Of a stretch of 64,000 nt of DNA, positions 50,800 through 64,000 are shown piece by piece. The notes under the pieces were generated by a model. It was not told the origin of the DNA. It saw only the letters and a list, made by a program, of their open reading frames with translations, and ran no database searches. Each line of letters opens with the position of its first letter. Within the stretch, counting starts at the first letter, position 1. Source of the stretch: Heterodontus francisci (Eukaryota); assembly GCF_036365525.1 (NCBI RefSeq), contig NC_090380.1:72343757-72407756 (forward strand). Direction: 5' to 3'. The translations under genes were made by a program, and so were the position numbers.

Positions 50800-51571
50800 C
50801 TTCCTGCTGTTCTTTTGCTTAAAACTTGCTGTAGGACTGGTTCTATGACTCTGCACTGTTTCCCCTTTAAAAGAACTCTCTGTTATTTAGACTAGCTGCT
50901 TTGATTGACAGAAGCAGGTGTTTACTAGTGCTGTGTGTTTATCTTGCTTCCAGCACTTAAGCCTGTTCTGTTTACATCACTGTTCAATAGGTAGCTTAAT
51001 GCATTTTTTTAGAGTTTTTTAAGGTCTTCACTCGAGAGTGGTTTTAATGTTTTTTTTCCTGTGGCTTCATGAATGGAAGCTCTTATTCACGCTTGAGTAG
51101 TTTCATGTTTTTTTAAACTTTGGCTGTGTAGATGAAGGCTGTGCCATGTTCTGGGTTTTCCCACCTTTTTTCTAATGGACGCTTCCTGTAATCGTGCTGA
51201 CCTCAATCAGCCTGGGAAAGGGGTTGGGTCTTCCCATGTTTTTTTCCTACATGGAACTTTTGAAAAAAAAAACAATCTTTTGAAGGTCTTCAAAGCTTTT
51301 TTTTAAAGCAGTATCCCTCGCTCATCCGCACAAAGACTCACCTGATTTATTCGCAACCTGCTGCTCTGTGCTCTGTCTTATACAGCTTGAGGTAAGTTCT
51401 TTTTTCAATATTTGAGCCAGTATTTTTCTTGAACTTTCTCCCTGCTGGCTATAGGAAAGGTAGTTTTCAGAGCTGTTTTAACTGTGGTTTTCAATCTCAG
51501 ACTGTGTCTTTTCACCACAGCTGCCACCATGTAATGAGTTCTTTTATGTTGTCTGATACAACGTAAATGAG

Positions 51572-52331
51572 GGCTGGAATTTTATGGCCCCCCAACGAAT
51601 GGGCTGGTGGTGGGGGGTGCCGAAAAATTGCGTGCAGCGCGGTAGGTGGGGGGAGCCATTCCCAACGCCTTCCCACCTCCACTGCAATTTTATACGTGGT
51701 GGGTGTGGCGAGAAACGGCCCGCCCACTCTGGACCAATGAAGGCCCTTATGTGGCCAATTAACTGCCACTTAAGGGCCTCCTCCCACCGCTGCTGGTATT
51801 TTACCCACAGCTGGATGGCAAAGGCCCCAAGAACCCCGCCTGATAAAACCAGGCGGCCTTCTTGTGGGCTGGGGATGGGCCCACCTGATCAGACCCCATG
51901 TGCCCCACGGGGGAGGGGGGGGGCCAGTCGCAAAGCCCCAACCGCCCCATCACACAACATTCCCCACCAAGTACCCCCCCCCCCTCCCCCGACTTTGCCT
52001 CACTGGGGCCCGGCCAATTATTCCCGGCAAGGCTCCAAAAACTTACCTGTCTTCCGGGGCCGTCCTTCACCTTCTGATGGCTGGGTGTAGTCCCAGCAGT
52101 GACCACAGCACCCGATGGCACTGCTGGGACAAAGATCTGCCGGCCGCTGATTGGCTGGCAGCCCCATTAGGCGGGACTTCCTGCCTCAAGGAGTTGGGTC
52201 CCACCCAAGACCAATTAAAGGCCTGGGGAGCAAAAAATCCCGGCATGGCTCCCCAGGCCCGGCAGAGGCGGGCTCACCACCGACTTTTCAGCTGGTGGGC
52301 AGGGTTTCCCGCCCAATGTAAAATTCCAGCC
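51572..52331 (-). mobile_element. PIF/Harbinger-like MITE inserted in the 5' LTR of copy 2
   Basis: Perfect 13-bp TIR GGCTGGAATTTTA / TAAAATTCCAGCC; 3-bp TSD GAG (51569-51571 / 52332-52334); LTR sequence resumes after it. Confidence 0.85.
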
Positions 52332-53382
52332 GAGTTGCCTGGAGTCCAGTTGGTTGAAGATCTCAAACAGGTTTATTTACAGCCAGACTATTATACAGTA
52401 CAGAGCTAACTATTTACAGAACCTTAGTCTGGGTATTACAGCTGCAGAGTGATGCTGGCTTGGAGTCACATGACCACGTCCTGGTACTTAGCTCATTAGC
52501 ATACTAAGATCTTAAAGGGACATCACTCTTAAAGGCAATCATATGACATGGTCTTCGAACTCCTTTTTAAAAAGTACCTTTTTTGTGATGGCGCCAGACA
52601 TTTTTTAAAGATTTCGTGTTAGGCCACTCATGACATTGTTATCATGATGCAAAATACCCATTCTGCACAGTGCAGCCCAATTTCAGGAAGTGATCCTGAA
52701 ACAGGCATTAGGCACTCTAGCTGCATATGCAAAAAACCCTAATGCTTATTTCTGCCTTTAGCCCTGAACACCGATATTTCAGTCTTTACCAGTGTGGTGG
52801 CCAGCTCACTTTCACCCGCCATATTGGACACTTAGGAACCAGTTTTACATCTGTAAAATGGGTGCACCCTCAACAGTTTCTAGGCCCATGAGTTGTCTAA
52901 CACAAGAAAACGTGAACATGAAAAATACATTTGGTCCATCAAGTTTGTTCCTCACTCAGAACATGTACAAATTCCGTATCTTGGGCATTAACCAGCCCAG
53001 CATATATCCCTCAAAAGTAAATCTCAAAACATAACACACAGCATTTGCATAGGCTGGTGGAATTATATTCTATATAACGCTGTGGGTGAAATTTTACAAC
53101 TTAGCGCCACTGGCGCGGTTTAGCGCATGCTGAAAAATGGTCCATGTTGCGATTGGATGTTGTGAATACCATGTCCACACTCCTATGAAGCCATGCATTA
53201 GACCATTGATCACTATTGGTCGAAAGCTGAATTGAATACATTCAGGGAGACTTTGAAGTGTATGATCTGATGATGCAAGGCTTGCATACAGAGAGCAAGC
53301 ATGTGCTTTGCTGATCATCCAAGCTTGACTGGATTCAGTGTGAAATCAAAGTTGCCATTAATCTGAAGGTTTATGAGGCAGT

Positions 53383-53570
53383 ATCATCCCCAGCATATAC
53401 ACCCTACTGAGCCAGCAGCGCTTGAGATGGCTTGGCCATGTGAGCTGCATGGAAGATGGCAGGATCCCCAAGGACGCATAGTACAGCGAGCTTGTCACTG
53501 GTATCAGACCCACCGGCCGTCCATGTCTCCGCTTTAAAGACGTCTGCAAACGCAACATGAAGTCCTGTGG
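53383..53570 (+). mobile_element. RTE internal fragment
   Basis: Matches the IPSIYTLLSQ..RWLGHV..EDGRIPK region of the other RTE copies. Confidence 0.8.
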
Positions 53571-54479
53571 AGATCCGGGAAGGTCCTTGATTTGACTGAT
53601 CTCAGCCGGGAAGCTGTAAAGGGGACCTCAGTGGTGGCCTCACTTTTCCCAATCTAGTAAGCAGCCAAGATTCCCACTCTTGATCACAATCCACTACTGC
53701 TGGAATGTGCAGGATAGGATCAAGCTCTGCTGTCATGTCAGTAATCTCTATCTGCTATAAGAAGAATGTTCACATGGGTGAGATACTGCAGTCCTGTGAG
53801 TCACTTTGGAACTAGACCCCCCACCCCACTCACCCAGCATGAGACAAGTGGAGACAACTGCAGGAAAAACAAAACTCAAGTTCAAGGAAAATGTTTGCTT
53901 TCATCGCTTCTATCAAGAGAGCTCAGTTGATGCAAACAGTTTTCCTTACTAACTCAACTTTTGGGGGCACGGGCCAGGAATATTTTTAATTCTTGCTGGC
54001 TGTTTTATTTGTTTATTTCAACAGTAATTTCAAATAATGAGCTTGATGTGTTTCTTAAATCAATCCTGTGATGAATTTTTCACTCTCTCTTGCTTTGGAA
54101 AATGCAGGATGAATAATGACTTCAGTGTTTATTAAAGCAATAGCAAGTCACCAAGGATTGACTGCACATTGCAATAAATGTTTACATGCAGTGAAAGGAT
54201 GCTCCATGCATTCTTTGGGTATTGTGCTTTGTATGGTCAAGCAGTTGTAATCATATTTGTAGCTTAGAAAAAGAGCGAATAAACTGAGTGCCAATATTAA
54301 CAAGCTGCACGGGCATGGAAATATATTCATGGTTTTCAGTCAGTTTTTTGATTAAGATTTCTACATATGATTCTTATAGAACATCACATCAAGTTAACTC
54401 TCTCCTTTTGAAATTCAAGTTAAGCAAATGACTAAAACTTCTAACAGAAATTTTAACTAGAAACTTGAGTGAACCACTA

Positions 54480-55220
54480 TCAGTGTCTTCTCTTCCTGCT
54501 CCTGTGCCACGACCTCTGGCAACCCCCAAGGATCTATCCTATTTCTCATCTACATGCTGACACTCAGTGACATCATCCGAAAGCACAGCGTTAGTTTACA
54601 TATGTACACTGACGACACCTAACTCTACCTAACCACTACCACTTTCAACTCCTCCACTGTTGCTAAACTATCAGACTGCATATCCAACATGTGGTACTGG
54701 ATGAGCAGAAATTTCCTCCTATTAAATATTGGGAGGATTAAAGCCATCATTTTTGGTCCCCACTCCAAACTCCCTTGCCACTGTCTCCATCCCTCTCCCT
54801 GGCAACAGTTTGAGATTACGCCAGTCTGTTCACAACCTTGGGTGTCACATTTGACCCTGAGATGACTTCCAACCTCATATTCACTAACACCGCCTATTTC
54901 CATGTGTGTAACATTGCCTCACTTCACCCCTGTCTCAGCTCATCTGCTGCTCAAACCCTCATTCATGCCTTCCTTGCCTCCAGACTTCACTATTCCAACG
55001 CACTCCTGGCTGGTCTCTCACATTCTACCTTTCGTAAACTTGAGGTCCTCCAAAACTCTGCTGCCTGTGTCTTACACCAAGTTCTGTTCACCTATCACCC
55101 CTGTGCTCACTGACCTACATTGGCTTTCAGTCAAGCAATGTCTTGATTTTAAAATTCTCATCCTTGTTTTCCAATCTCTCCATGGCCTTGCCCCTGGCTG
55201 TTATCTCCTCCAGCCCCACA
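54480..55220 (+). mobile_element. L2 LINE RT C-terminal fragment (tail remnant near 55697-55795)
   Basis: PQGSI, degenerate Y(T)DDT, LGVTFD and LIHAF..SRL.YSNALLAG motifs. Confidence 0.75.
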
Positions 55221-55892
55221 ATCAGGAGGCGGGAGCTGCATGCTGAGCACAGTTGTCAAAGGCAGACAGCAGCCATAATGGGGCCTTCCGCTGCATTGCA
55301 GAAGAGAGGAGGCAGGACATCAGAGGGCAGCAACCTCACTGCGCGGAGAAATGGCCAAATGGCCAAATAAAAGGAACTGCGACTGATCTCACACAAAAAG
55401 CCCTAGTGGCAAAAATTATTCCTCATAAAAAAAATTACTTAATTGCTCCCTGCATTGAACCTGAACCTGTGCACTAACATGCACCAGACTGTTCGGGTTT
55501 GGAGATTTGCTAATTGAAAATTGCCTCTGGTCCTCCCCAGCCAGTTAACAAGCTCCCCCTCCCCCTCAACCCTCACTTTGAAAATACCAGTGCATCCCAA
55601 AGGTTTTGGGACAAGGAAATGCCATCTGGGAGTGCTGTTTTCTAAGCGGGCCCACTCCTGTTCTTGCCCCCATGGTAATTGAAAATCCCAGCTCATATGT
55701 CCTTACGTGGTTCGGTGTCATATTTTGTTTTATAATGCTCCTGTGAAGTGCCTTGTGACATTATATTAGGTTAAAGGTGTTACATAAATATTTGTATTAG
55801 TAGGAGTATATACCTTGCTTGGGCTCACCCTGACACTTTGATTTGCATCTCCTCAGTCCCCAGACCCTGTGTGAGTTCACCCTGACTCTCTT

Positions 55893-56602
55893 GGGAGGTA
55901 TTTTATCCTGGCGGCGGGGGTCTTGACGTCCAGAGATCCCCGTGTTGCCTCTTCTCCAGAAGGCCCGCTGAATTTAGTGCCAATCAGGCACTTAAGTAGA
56001 CAGTATCGGGCCTTCCACAGGATCTAGGACCCTGTCGTCGGAAGTCCTGCCCTTGCAGAGCTGCCAGGCAATCTGCAGTGCCACCATGGAGGCGGTGGCT
56101 TACAGCAGGTGCACCTTCTGGAGGCCAAGGAGCAGGGTTGGAGCCAGGCCTCAGATAGGTCAGGACAGGAGGGGTCTCACGGAGAGGGGGTGGGCAGCAA
56201 GGGCAGGGGGTAGCCCTCAGTGGGCCCCGCTTCCCGATGCCAGGTCTCTCGTTCAGGCATTAAGTGCCTTTTAATGAGGGACCCCCCCCCACCACCCCCC
56301 AGAGCCGGGAAGCAGCCTGCACAGTTTATCGTGCAGTGCTTCCAGTGCGGTGACAGGGCTGCCCAATGCACGGCTAATTGCAGCTGCGGCTGAAAGAGGC
56401 ACTTAATTTGGGGTTAATTACCCAGTTAAGAGCCTCAATTGGCAGCAGGCGGGAAGGCCATTCACAGGTCTTCCTGCCCCAGACTAAATTTTGGCGGCTA
56501 CGGGATGGTGGCGGCAACCCCTCCCCCCCGCCACCATTCCACCTGATTTTATGCTCTCCCCGCCTCCAAACCAGCCATGGGGGAGGGCATAAAATTCCAC
56601 CC
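55893..56602 (+). mobile_element. PIF/Harbinger-like MITE
   Basis: Imperfect TIR GGGAGGTATTTTA / TAAAATTCCACCC; homologous to 12896-15732 and to the ends of 51572-52331. Confidence 0.7.
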
Positions 56603-57127
56603 CGCTGTTTCACATCGCCTCAAGCCCAGACCAGTTCAGTTTTTAAATTCAGGGTACCACTTATTTTTAATAATATTTTTTTTCATTTTTCCTTTTCCTT
56701 GTAATCACCACACCACATAGATCATCACCAAAGAATCAGTGAGCCAACATGAATTGTGAATAGCTGGAATTTCAATGTTATTTGAAAGGGGGATTAACAT
56801 TTATGTTTCCAGAATTAGAGTTTGAAGCCATTAGTTCTTTTTTCCATTCCTCTCATTTTTAGGTTTGCCTTATGAGGTTTATTTACAATACTTCACTTGA
56901 ATAAAGTTATCTTCTGATATTCTCGCTCCATGTGGAGAGCTATTTCTATTTACACTCATGCAATTGCAGCACAGCTCTCAGAATTGTTTTTGTCACGTGC
57001 AAACATGTAGTTCCTGAAATCACACTTTAATTGCTGTCTGTATAGCCCTGTTATTTTCCAGTTGTGAAGTTGATTGAGACAGAAGAGTAAGAGTCAGACA
57101 TTTGTGATGGCTATCATGCATTCAATG

Positions 57128-58485
57128 ATTCATTGATCTCACCAAAGCCTTTGACCTCGTCAGCAGACGTGGTCTCTTCAGACTACTAGAAAAGATCGGA
57201 TGTCCACCAAAGCTACTAAGTATCATCACTTCATTCCATGACAATATGAAAGGCACAATTCAACATGGTGGCTCCTCATCAGAGCCCTTTCCTATCCTGA
57301 GTGGCGTGAAACATGGCTGTGTTCTCGCACCCACACTTTTTGGGATTTTCTTCTCCCTGCTGCTTTCACATGCGTTCAAGTCCTCTGAAGAAGGAATTTC
57401 CCTCCACGCAAGATCAGGGGGCAGGTTGTTCAACCTTGCCCGTCTAAGAGCGAAGTCCAAAATACGGAAAGTCCTCATCAGGGAACTCCTCTTTGCTGAC
57501 GATGCTGCTTTAACATCTCACACTGAAGAGTGCCTGCAGGGTCTCATCGACAGGTTTGCGGCTGCCTGCAATGAATTTGGCCTAACCATCAGCCTCAAGA
57601 AAATGAACATCATGGGGCAGGACGTCAGAAATGTTCCATCCATCAATATTGGCGACCACGCTCTGGAAGTGGTTCAAGAGTTCACCTACCTAGGCTCAAC
57701 TATCACCAGTAACCTGTCTCTAGATGCAGAAATCAACAAGCGCATGGGAAAGGCTTCCACTGCTATGTCCAGACTGGCCAAGAGAGTGTGGGAAAATGGC
57801 ACACTGACACGGAACACAAAAGTCCGAGTGTATCAGGCCTGTGTCCTCAGTACCTTGCTCTATGGCAGCGAGGCCTGGACAACGTATGCCAGCCAAGAGC
57901 GACGTCTCAATTCATTCCATCTTCGCTGCCTCCGGAGAATCCTTGGCATCAGGTGGCAGGACCGTATCTCCAACACAGAAGTCCTCGAGGCGGCCAACAT
58001 CCCCAGCTTGTACACACTACTGAGTCAGCGGCACTTGAGATGGCTTGGCCATGTGAGCCGCATGGAAGATGGCAGGATCCCCAAAGACACATTGTACAGC
58101 GAGCTCGCCACTGGTATCAGACCCACCGGCCGTCCACGTCTCCGCTTTAAAGACGTCTGCAAACGCGACATGAAATCCTGTGACATTGATCACAAGTCGT
58201 GGGAGTCAGTTGCCAGCGTTCGCCAGAGCTGGCGGGCAGCCATAAAGACAGGGATAAAATGTGGCGAGTCGAAGAGACTTAGTAGTTGGCAGGAAAAAAG
58301 ACAGAGGCGCAAGGGGAGAGCCAACTGTGCAACAGCCCCGACAAACAAATTTCTCTGCAGCACCTGTGGAAGAGCCTGTCACTCTAGAATTGGCCTTTAT
58401 AGCCACTCCAGGCGCTGCTTCACAAACCACTGACCACCTCCAGGCGCGTATCCATTGTGTCTCAATATAACGAGGCCCAAAAGAA
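57128..58485 (+). mobile_element. RTE LINE, 5'-truncated, with open 395-aa ORF (57246-58433)
   Basis: Near-identical to 35648-36986; starts at the FIDLTKAFD motif. Confidence 0.92.
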
Positions 58486-60258
58486 TCATGCATTCCTCAA
58501 TAAAGCTCCTGTGATTGCTCAGTGAGTTTGACCAAGAGGAGCAGGCCAATTTGCTCTTCATCCAAACTAATTTATGATGCATTTACAACATATGTTTTCA
58601 CACTGACTCTAAACTTCTGCATTGTAAATTAGCTATCAAGGTCCAAATTGACCCAAATGCAAAATGGAATGAGACTTCCTTCTCACAGAGACTCAAATTG
58701 CTCAGTCCTGACTTTGAGTTCAAGCTGCATTTCTAATTGCAGTGTCAGTGCCAAGCGAAACCAGTCATAACTAGAATTCAGACAGTTGTGGTGTGAATGT
58801 ACCCAAGGCAGATTTCAACCAGGCATGTAGTAAGGATATCACAACTGGCCTTAACACCCCTTATTTTCAAATGGGAAGTCAGTTATGGTTTATCCAGTGA
58901 CTCTTGCTGCGAAGTGCGTGCGCATGCACATGTGTGTGTGAGAGAGAGACACACAGGTAGGTTTGGACAGGATTGAACTTGGCTGCATTGCTACCCACAG
59001 TAAAGTAGCTGTCAATATTCACAGCAAGGGTTTACACATGAAGAACAATCACTTGCTTGTGGGTGCCAGCAGCAACTGTTCTCCAGCAAGGTGTTAGGCA
59101 TCTTCAGGAGGAGAGACAAGAACATTGGCCAGAGGAAGAAAGTGTATTCCTTACTACCTTTAGGTCAACCACTTGAAGACAGAACCTTATGTTAGATTGA
59201 AGTGGTATTTACATCAGGGAGAAACCTGTGCACCACTCACAAAGTTTGATCGAGCAGAATTTGGCATCTATTTTATTTTTTAAAAAGCCAGCATCAAAAT
59301 TGCATTTATATGGGTTGAATTTCTGAAAGCATTTTTCTAATCGTCTGCTGTAACTTTGCAAAAGACCCAGGGAAACCCCAGAGAAACAGTGTAAACCCAC
59401 ACAGAAATTCAGCCACAGTGTTCTTCACATCATCACAAAGTTGATTGTCACGCAATAGGATACTTCCTCCTCTAAGCAACATAACAGCTACCCCAATCCA
59501 ATTGCCAGTGAGCTCAGATCCATGGCACGAAGTTACACAAAATGGCACATTAGTTATCAACAAATTGGAAGTCAATCTTTTATAGCAGCACTTCATATAT
59601 TTCTATTAATTTATCAACTGTTGTAATAAAATACTCTTAATTCCTCAAATAAACCCATCTTAAAAGGATTATGCTAGCTGTTTTCTAATTATGATCAATC
59701 CTTCGTACTTGTTACAAATTGTAATCCTATTCTGTCTAAAAGCTTAATGGTAAGTGCACTCTGGGTATGGTGTCAGAGCAGAAAGTCCCAGGTTCCTAGT
59801 CTGTGCAGTTAGATGACCTCAGCCAGGACTCCATACAAAGCACTAAAGATAGTATTATGCCCCTGGACAATAGAGGAAAAATTCTAATTGTTGTGTAGTG
59901 ACTGCTGGCAAGTGCAATAGTGTGGGCCTTGGGTAAGGACAGTGTCTCGCTGTCCTATAACTGCCCATTGTGTTTAAATAGTACACCAATACTTGCTGCC
60001 TAGATTGACATGTGAAGAATGCCTTGTTGGGTGAGGTCTCAGATGGTGGTTGGTGTTGATGGAATCCTATCCCAACGAGAGTTCCTACCATCAGAAGAGA
60101 AGAGAAACTTGGGGTGGGCAGGGGATGGGGGATGGGAGATTGTGGGTAGGAAAGAGGGAGGGAAGCAAAATTCAGATTTAAGTGCTTTGCATGTGTGGAT
60201 TGCATTTGGGAAATATCCTATCTTCTAACTATATACATATATAAATTCATCTTTTCAG

Positions 60259-60636
60259 GCATGTGCGCTGCTCAAAGACATGTCGAGGTACAGGAAGGTC
60301 CCCTGATCAGAGCAGCAGGATACCACATAACCATTTGGTGTAATGTGTCCGGATACTCAGGTTCCACACTGCAGAACTTTGAGTGGTCCATCTACCTGCC
60401 TTCTGCACCTGAAAGACAAATCCAGATTGTCAGCACGAATGATCCCGACTATCCCTACGCCGTTTATGGAAGCAGAGTACGGAATAAGGAGGTCTACGTT
60501 GAGAGAATTGATGGAGACTCAGCGCTGTTACACATTACCAATCTACAACTGGGAGATGCAGGGGAATATGAATGTCACACTCCTAACACAGAATCAACCT
60601 ACTGGGGATCCTACAATGCCAAGGGGAATCTGACAG
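60259..60636 (+). CDS. IGSF3: IGSF3 (EWI-3) exon encoding the end of the signal peptide and the first Ig V-set domain
   Basis: cttttcag| acceptor and |gtaagt donor, 378 nt, phase 1-1; QRHVEVQEGPLIRAAGYHITIWCNVSGY...FEWSIYLPSAPER...DAGEYECHTP...GSY.AK.NL matches recalled human IGSF3 QRQVTVQEGPLYRTEGSHITIWCNVSGY...DAGEYECHTP better than IGSF8. Confidence 0.9.
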
Positions 60637-63600
60637 GTAAGTGATACTTGCCTTTGCAGTGATTATCTTTGTTAATGTGATGCACAGCAGGTAATAACAG
60701 GGCAACATCACAAATGTGCAACATTCCCTTTGAAGAAGCAACAGGTTTTTAATAACATTGTCAGGCTGTATTTATTTCACAGAAGTTTCAGATATATATA
60801 GATGGAAGTTTCTACATTGAGGGTAGTTTAAAATTGCATTTAATAGGCTGGCAAACTTGTTTCCATTAGTTCTATGGATATAATATTGTAGTATCTCATT
60901 AATGAACCTTTCAATGACTATTAAAGTAGGTTTCTGTTTATTTACAGTGTCTGTACTCCAGCTTCAGTAAAATAGAACTTATGTGCTGGTCTCTCTTTAA
61001 AATTGATCCCAGGTGTGATACATTATTCAAAACAATTGGTTTCAGTAGTATTTCGCGTGCCAGGACTCTGAATAATGTGGTTCATCTGGGACCATTTTTA
61101 CAGGAGAAGGTGTCACTAATGTGAAAAACATGTAAAGATGCAAAAAAGATGCCACTACTTATGTTGAAGAAAATGTATTGTTTGAAAAATGCATTTCAGT
61201 ATTACACAGCTGCACACTTGAGAAACTTCAGTTTGTGTACAATTAACCATGAGTTTACTTTGGTATGAATAATGTTTGATTATGTCTAGATTGAATGAAT
61301 TTTCACTCCCATTCTATACCATTGCTTTCTTTCCCATTTGTGAGTTTGAAGCTTCACATATTTGGATAATTCTCTTCCATCTATCCTTCAGAGCTCTTAA
61401 ATTTCAGTCCAGGAGAGAAATCTGGTCTTAGAAACATAAAGATTTATGGCACAGTAGGAGGCCATTCGGCCCATTGTGTCTGTGTCTGTCTGTGATCAGG
61501 CTTCCCTAAACTACCAAGGTATCTAAGCTACAAATGACTTTGCAGTTCCAGCTAGTACAGTGGAACCAGGAGAAGAACCAACTGTAACGTGACCTTGTGG
61601 CTTGATACCTCAGCAAAGCCTCTTAAAAAAGCACTAGTTTCTGGAAGTCCAGGACTCTATATGCTTGCAGCGTGAGAGCAAACAGACTTGATTCCCAACT
61701 TTACTGTTCCCTCCCCTCCATATACACCGTAAAACAAGATTACTAATTCTATATGGTATATGTAGCGCAGACACAGCAGACCTTTGCCCGTGTGTATCTG
61801 AATTCAATATTGCTGTTGCTCAGCTGGCATTGCACCCTGATTTTTAAGGAACCTTAACACCTGTTTCAAATGGACACTCTGGATAGCTAAATGTTGCCTC
61901 AGCCAATGTGGTGTCCGGCACAATTCAAAAAATAATGGACAGGTAATGATCAACTGGCCAATCCAACCTGTCCACACAGTTGTGATGCTTTGTGTGATCT
62001 TTCATATGGGAAATTGTCAAAGACTTTGTGGAAGTTGAAATAAACTATAACATAGGAACTTCCGTTGTCGTATTTTGTTTATAATGTCTTAAATATGTCA
62101 ACATCATTTGTCAAGCAAGATGTTCCCCTCCTAAATCCATGCTTATTGTCACTTATTAAACTACTTCTATACAGGTCTTATCCTACCTGTTCCTTAGTAT
62201 ATTTTCCATTATTTAACCCAATATTGATATATGGAATATATAGCACTCTTTTTAAGTACAACTGCTTGTTTATGGGGAGATAGCTTATTAAAATGCTATT
62301 AGAAATTGTTCCCCTAAGAGTTATTTCTGCCATCGGTGGGCTTTCTTCCTTTGTGCTCCATCAGAAATGAATTCTTATGCATGTAAAAGCACCAGAAGTC
62401 ACATTGATGCTGCATTTTAATTGTTGTGCTGATGCCAGAAGCAGCCCAGACTTTACCAGTAGTGCTGCGATATAAATGAGGCAACTCTAATGTTTCCAGC
62501 AAGTAGGAGGTATTTTTTTTCCTTGTACTGCTGATGGTTTGCACAACCTGCCAACACTAACAGTGCCATGGGCTGCTATTTTCTTCTGGTTCCAGTCAAC
62601 TTCTCATGGAGGTTATTAACGTGCTTTTTTTTTTGCATTGCTGGTGTGGGGAAAGTACATGACCAGAAAGTCGGCGATCGCTCTTTGCATGCTGTGCATT
62701 GTCAGGAGTCAATCTGGAACATTAAAGTCATGAGCCTGGAGTTTCTGCCAGGTTGCACTGTTTTTCCAGCACAATTCATCCAAAATTGGCCAAACCAGCG
62801 CAAGAGATCAAATCAAAAGATTTCAGAAATGTAAGCACAAATTCCATCTAGCACTGATCAAGTCTATCTTAAAAAAAGGACTAGAAGCTGGCCCCACCCC
62901 AGACTGAATTAATCACCATTGGAAGTTTCTGCTAATTTGTGCCCTTTTGCATGCCTTTGAAGATGCTCTTAAAATTAAACTGGTTCTTTTGCAAGGACAC
63001 CAACTACTGTGCAATATAACTGGTAATTGGTTCAATGTAGTTTTTAAAATTAATTTTCAGTTATTTAAAACGCTGCCCAGCGTGATGGTTCGGCATGCAA
63101 ATGAGTTGGAGCAGAAAATTGAGGGAAAAAAACACTTCTCAAAACTGGCACAATTTTTGTATGTAGTTTTTCTATTACCTTCGGTGCTGTGAATTGTACT
63201 CCAATGTGTAATTGTGATGTAGTGCAAAATATTAGCAGGGTCAACATATTGCAGAACCACTTCTGTGGTATAAATGTAGAGGAAGGACTATCAATGCTGA
63301 CATAGTTACCTTTTATAAATGAGGTCTATAAAGTGACAGATGAACCATTTCCTGTAAATTGCACTCGGTCAGAAGCAGCTGTCCACTGCTTTTGTCTGTA
63401 CAGTTGCAGGCACTGTAGTAATGAGCTTTCTTTGAATAGATCAGTGTCTTGGCTGTCGTACTGTACATAAAAGATCACTTTTCCCACTCAATTTTGCAAA
63501 ATAAAAATTAAAAATGTAGTCACAGAAAATTCTATATAATTTAATAATTTGTCAACTGCCAAACACTGCTCGAGGCAGGCTACATTTCACACAAAATAGC

Positions 63601-64000
63601 AAGTATCAAATGTTAGCTGTAGAGCATGTTTTTGTTGTGTTTGTGCAATCAATAATGCATCTATGCCTGAGTGTGCAGCGCGAACACTGCAGTGTCCTGC
63701 CAGCCCCATTATCTGTGATGTGGGTCCTCCAACCCATACTACTACTAACTTTACTTCTTTTCTCAATTTTCTTCTCTCTTCTGTGTGATGATTCCTGCCA
63801 CTGTTTCGATGACACCATCAAGCCTCTGCTACCTTAGTCAAGTGGCAATTCTACATGAAAGGGAGTGTCAGGAGACTATTCAACTGCAGGTGGCATCACA
63901 ACTAAGCCCAGTCTTGTCCTTAGCCAATTCCACATAAAAGCACTTTCCAGTATCCAGTAGTCTTTGGCTGGAAATTGGGAGAAAAATTCCTTTGTTTAAA

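Larger units (their letters stand above)
48784..52548 (-). mobile_element. myc-carrying non-autonomous Gypsy-type LTR retrotransposon (copy 2)
   Basis: 3' LTR 48784-49012; PPT 49013-49025; gag ATG 50799; intact knuckle CKACSAKGHWARLC; protease NDTGVSANILP (DTG 49907-49915) in frame with Myc; PBS 51515-51529; 5' LTR 51530-52548 split by a MITE. Confidence 0.9.

Noticed and set aside
39853-52548. Tandem or segmental duplication explaining the two myc copies
   Set aside because: Similarity stops at the LTR TG/CA ends and the flanks are unrelated
60195-60258. Predicted ORF start upstream of the IGSF3 exon
   Set aside because: Intronic read-through before a clear splice acceptor at 60257-60258
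62568-62834. Hydrophobic 88-aa ORF as a signal-peptide exon or small gene
   Set aside because: Lies downstream of the Ig exon, has no recognisable homology, and hydrophobicity is partly due to a T run

Overview
Eukaryotic genomic DNA, almost certainly from a cartilaginous fish (shark-type HE1/V-SINEs, a SacSINE1/DeuSINE-like element, abundant CR1). Most of the window is nested transposable elements: CR1, Tx1/L1, RTE, L2, PIF/Harbinger relics and MITEs, and Ty3/Gypsy. One clear host coding exon is present: the first Ig V-set domain exon of IGSF3 (60259-60636, + strand). The main find is two independent insertions (39853-42914 and 48784-52548, - strand) of a ~3 kb non-autonomous Ty3/Gypsy-type LTR retrotransposon. 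Each has TG..CA LTRs, a tRNA-Leu PBS, a polypurine tract, gag with a CCHC knuckle and an aspartic protease. In place of RT/RNase H/integrase, each carries a captured Myc C-terminus (Myc box IV + bHLH-leucine zipper), which is in frame with the protease in copy 2. The layout parallels gag-myc transducing retroviruses such as MC29. Both copies lack the Myc transactivation domain and share an E-to-K change at the E-box-contacting glutamate. All calls are from manual reading and translation; no database search was run.
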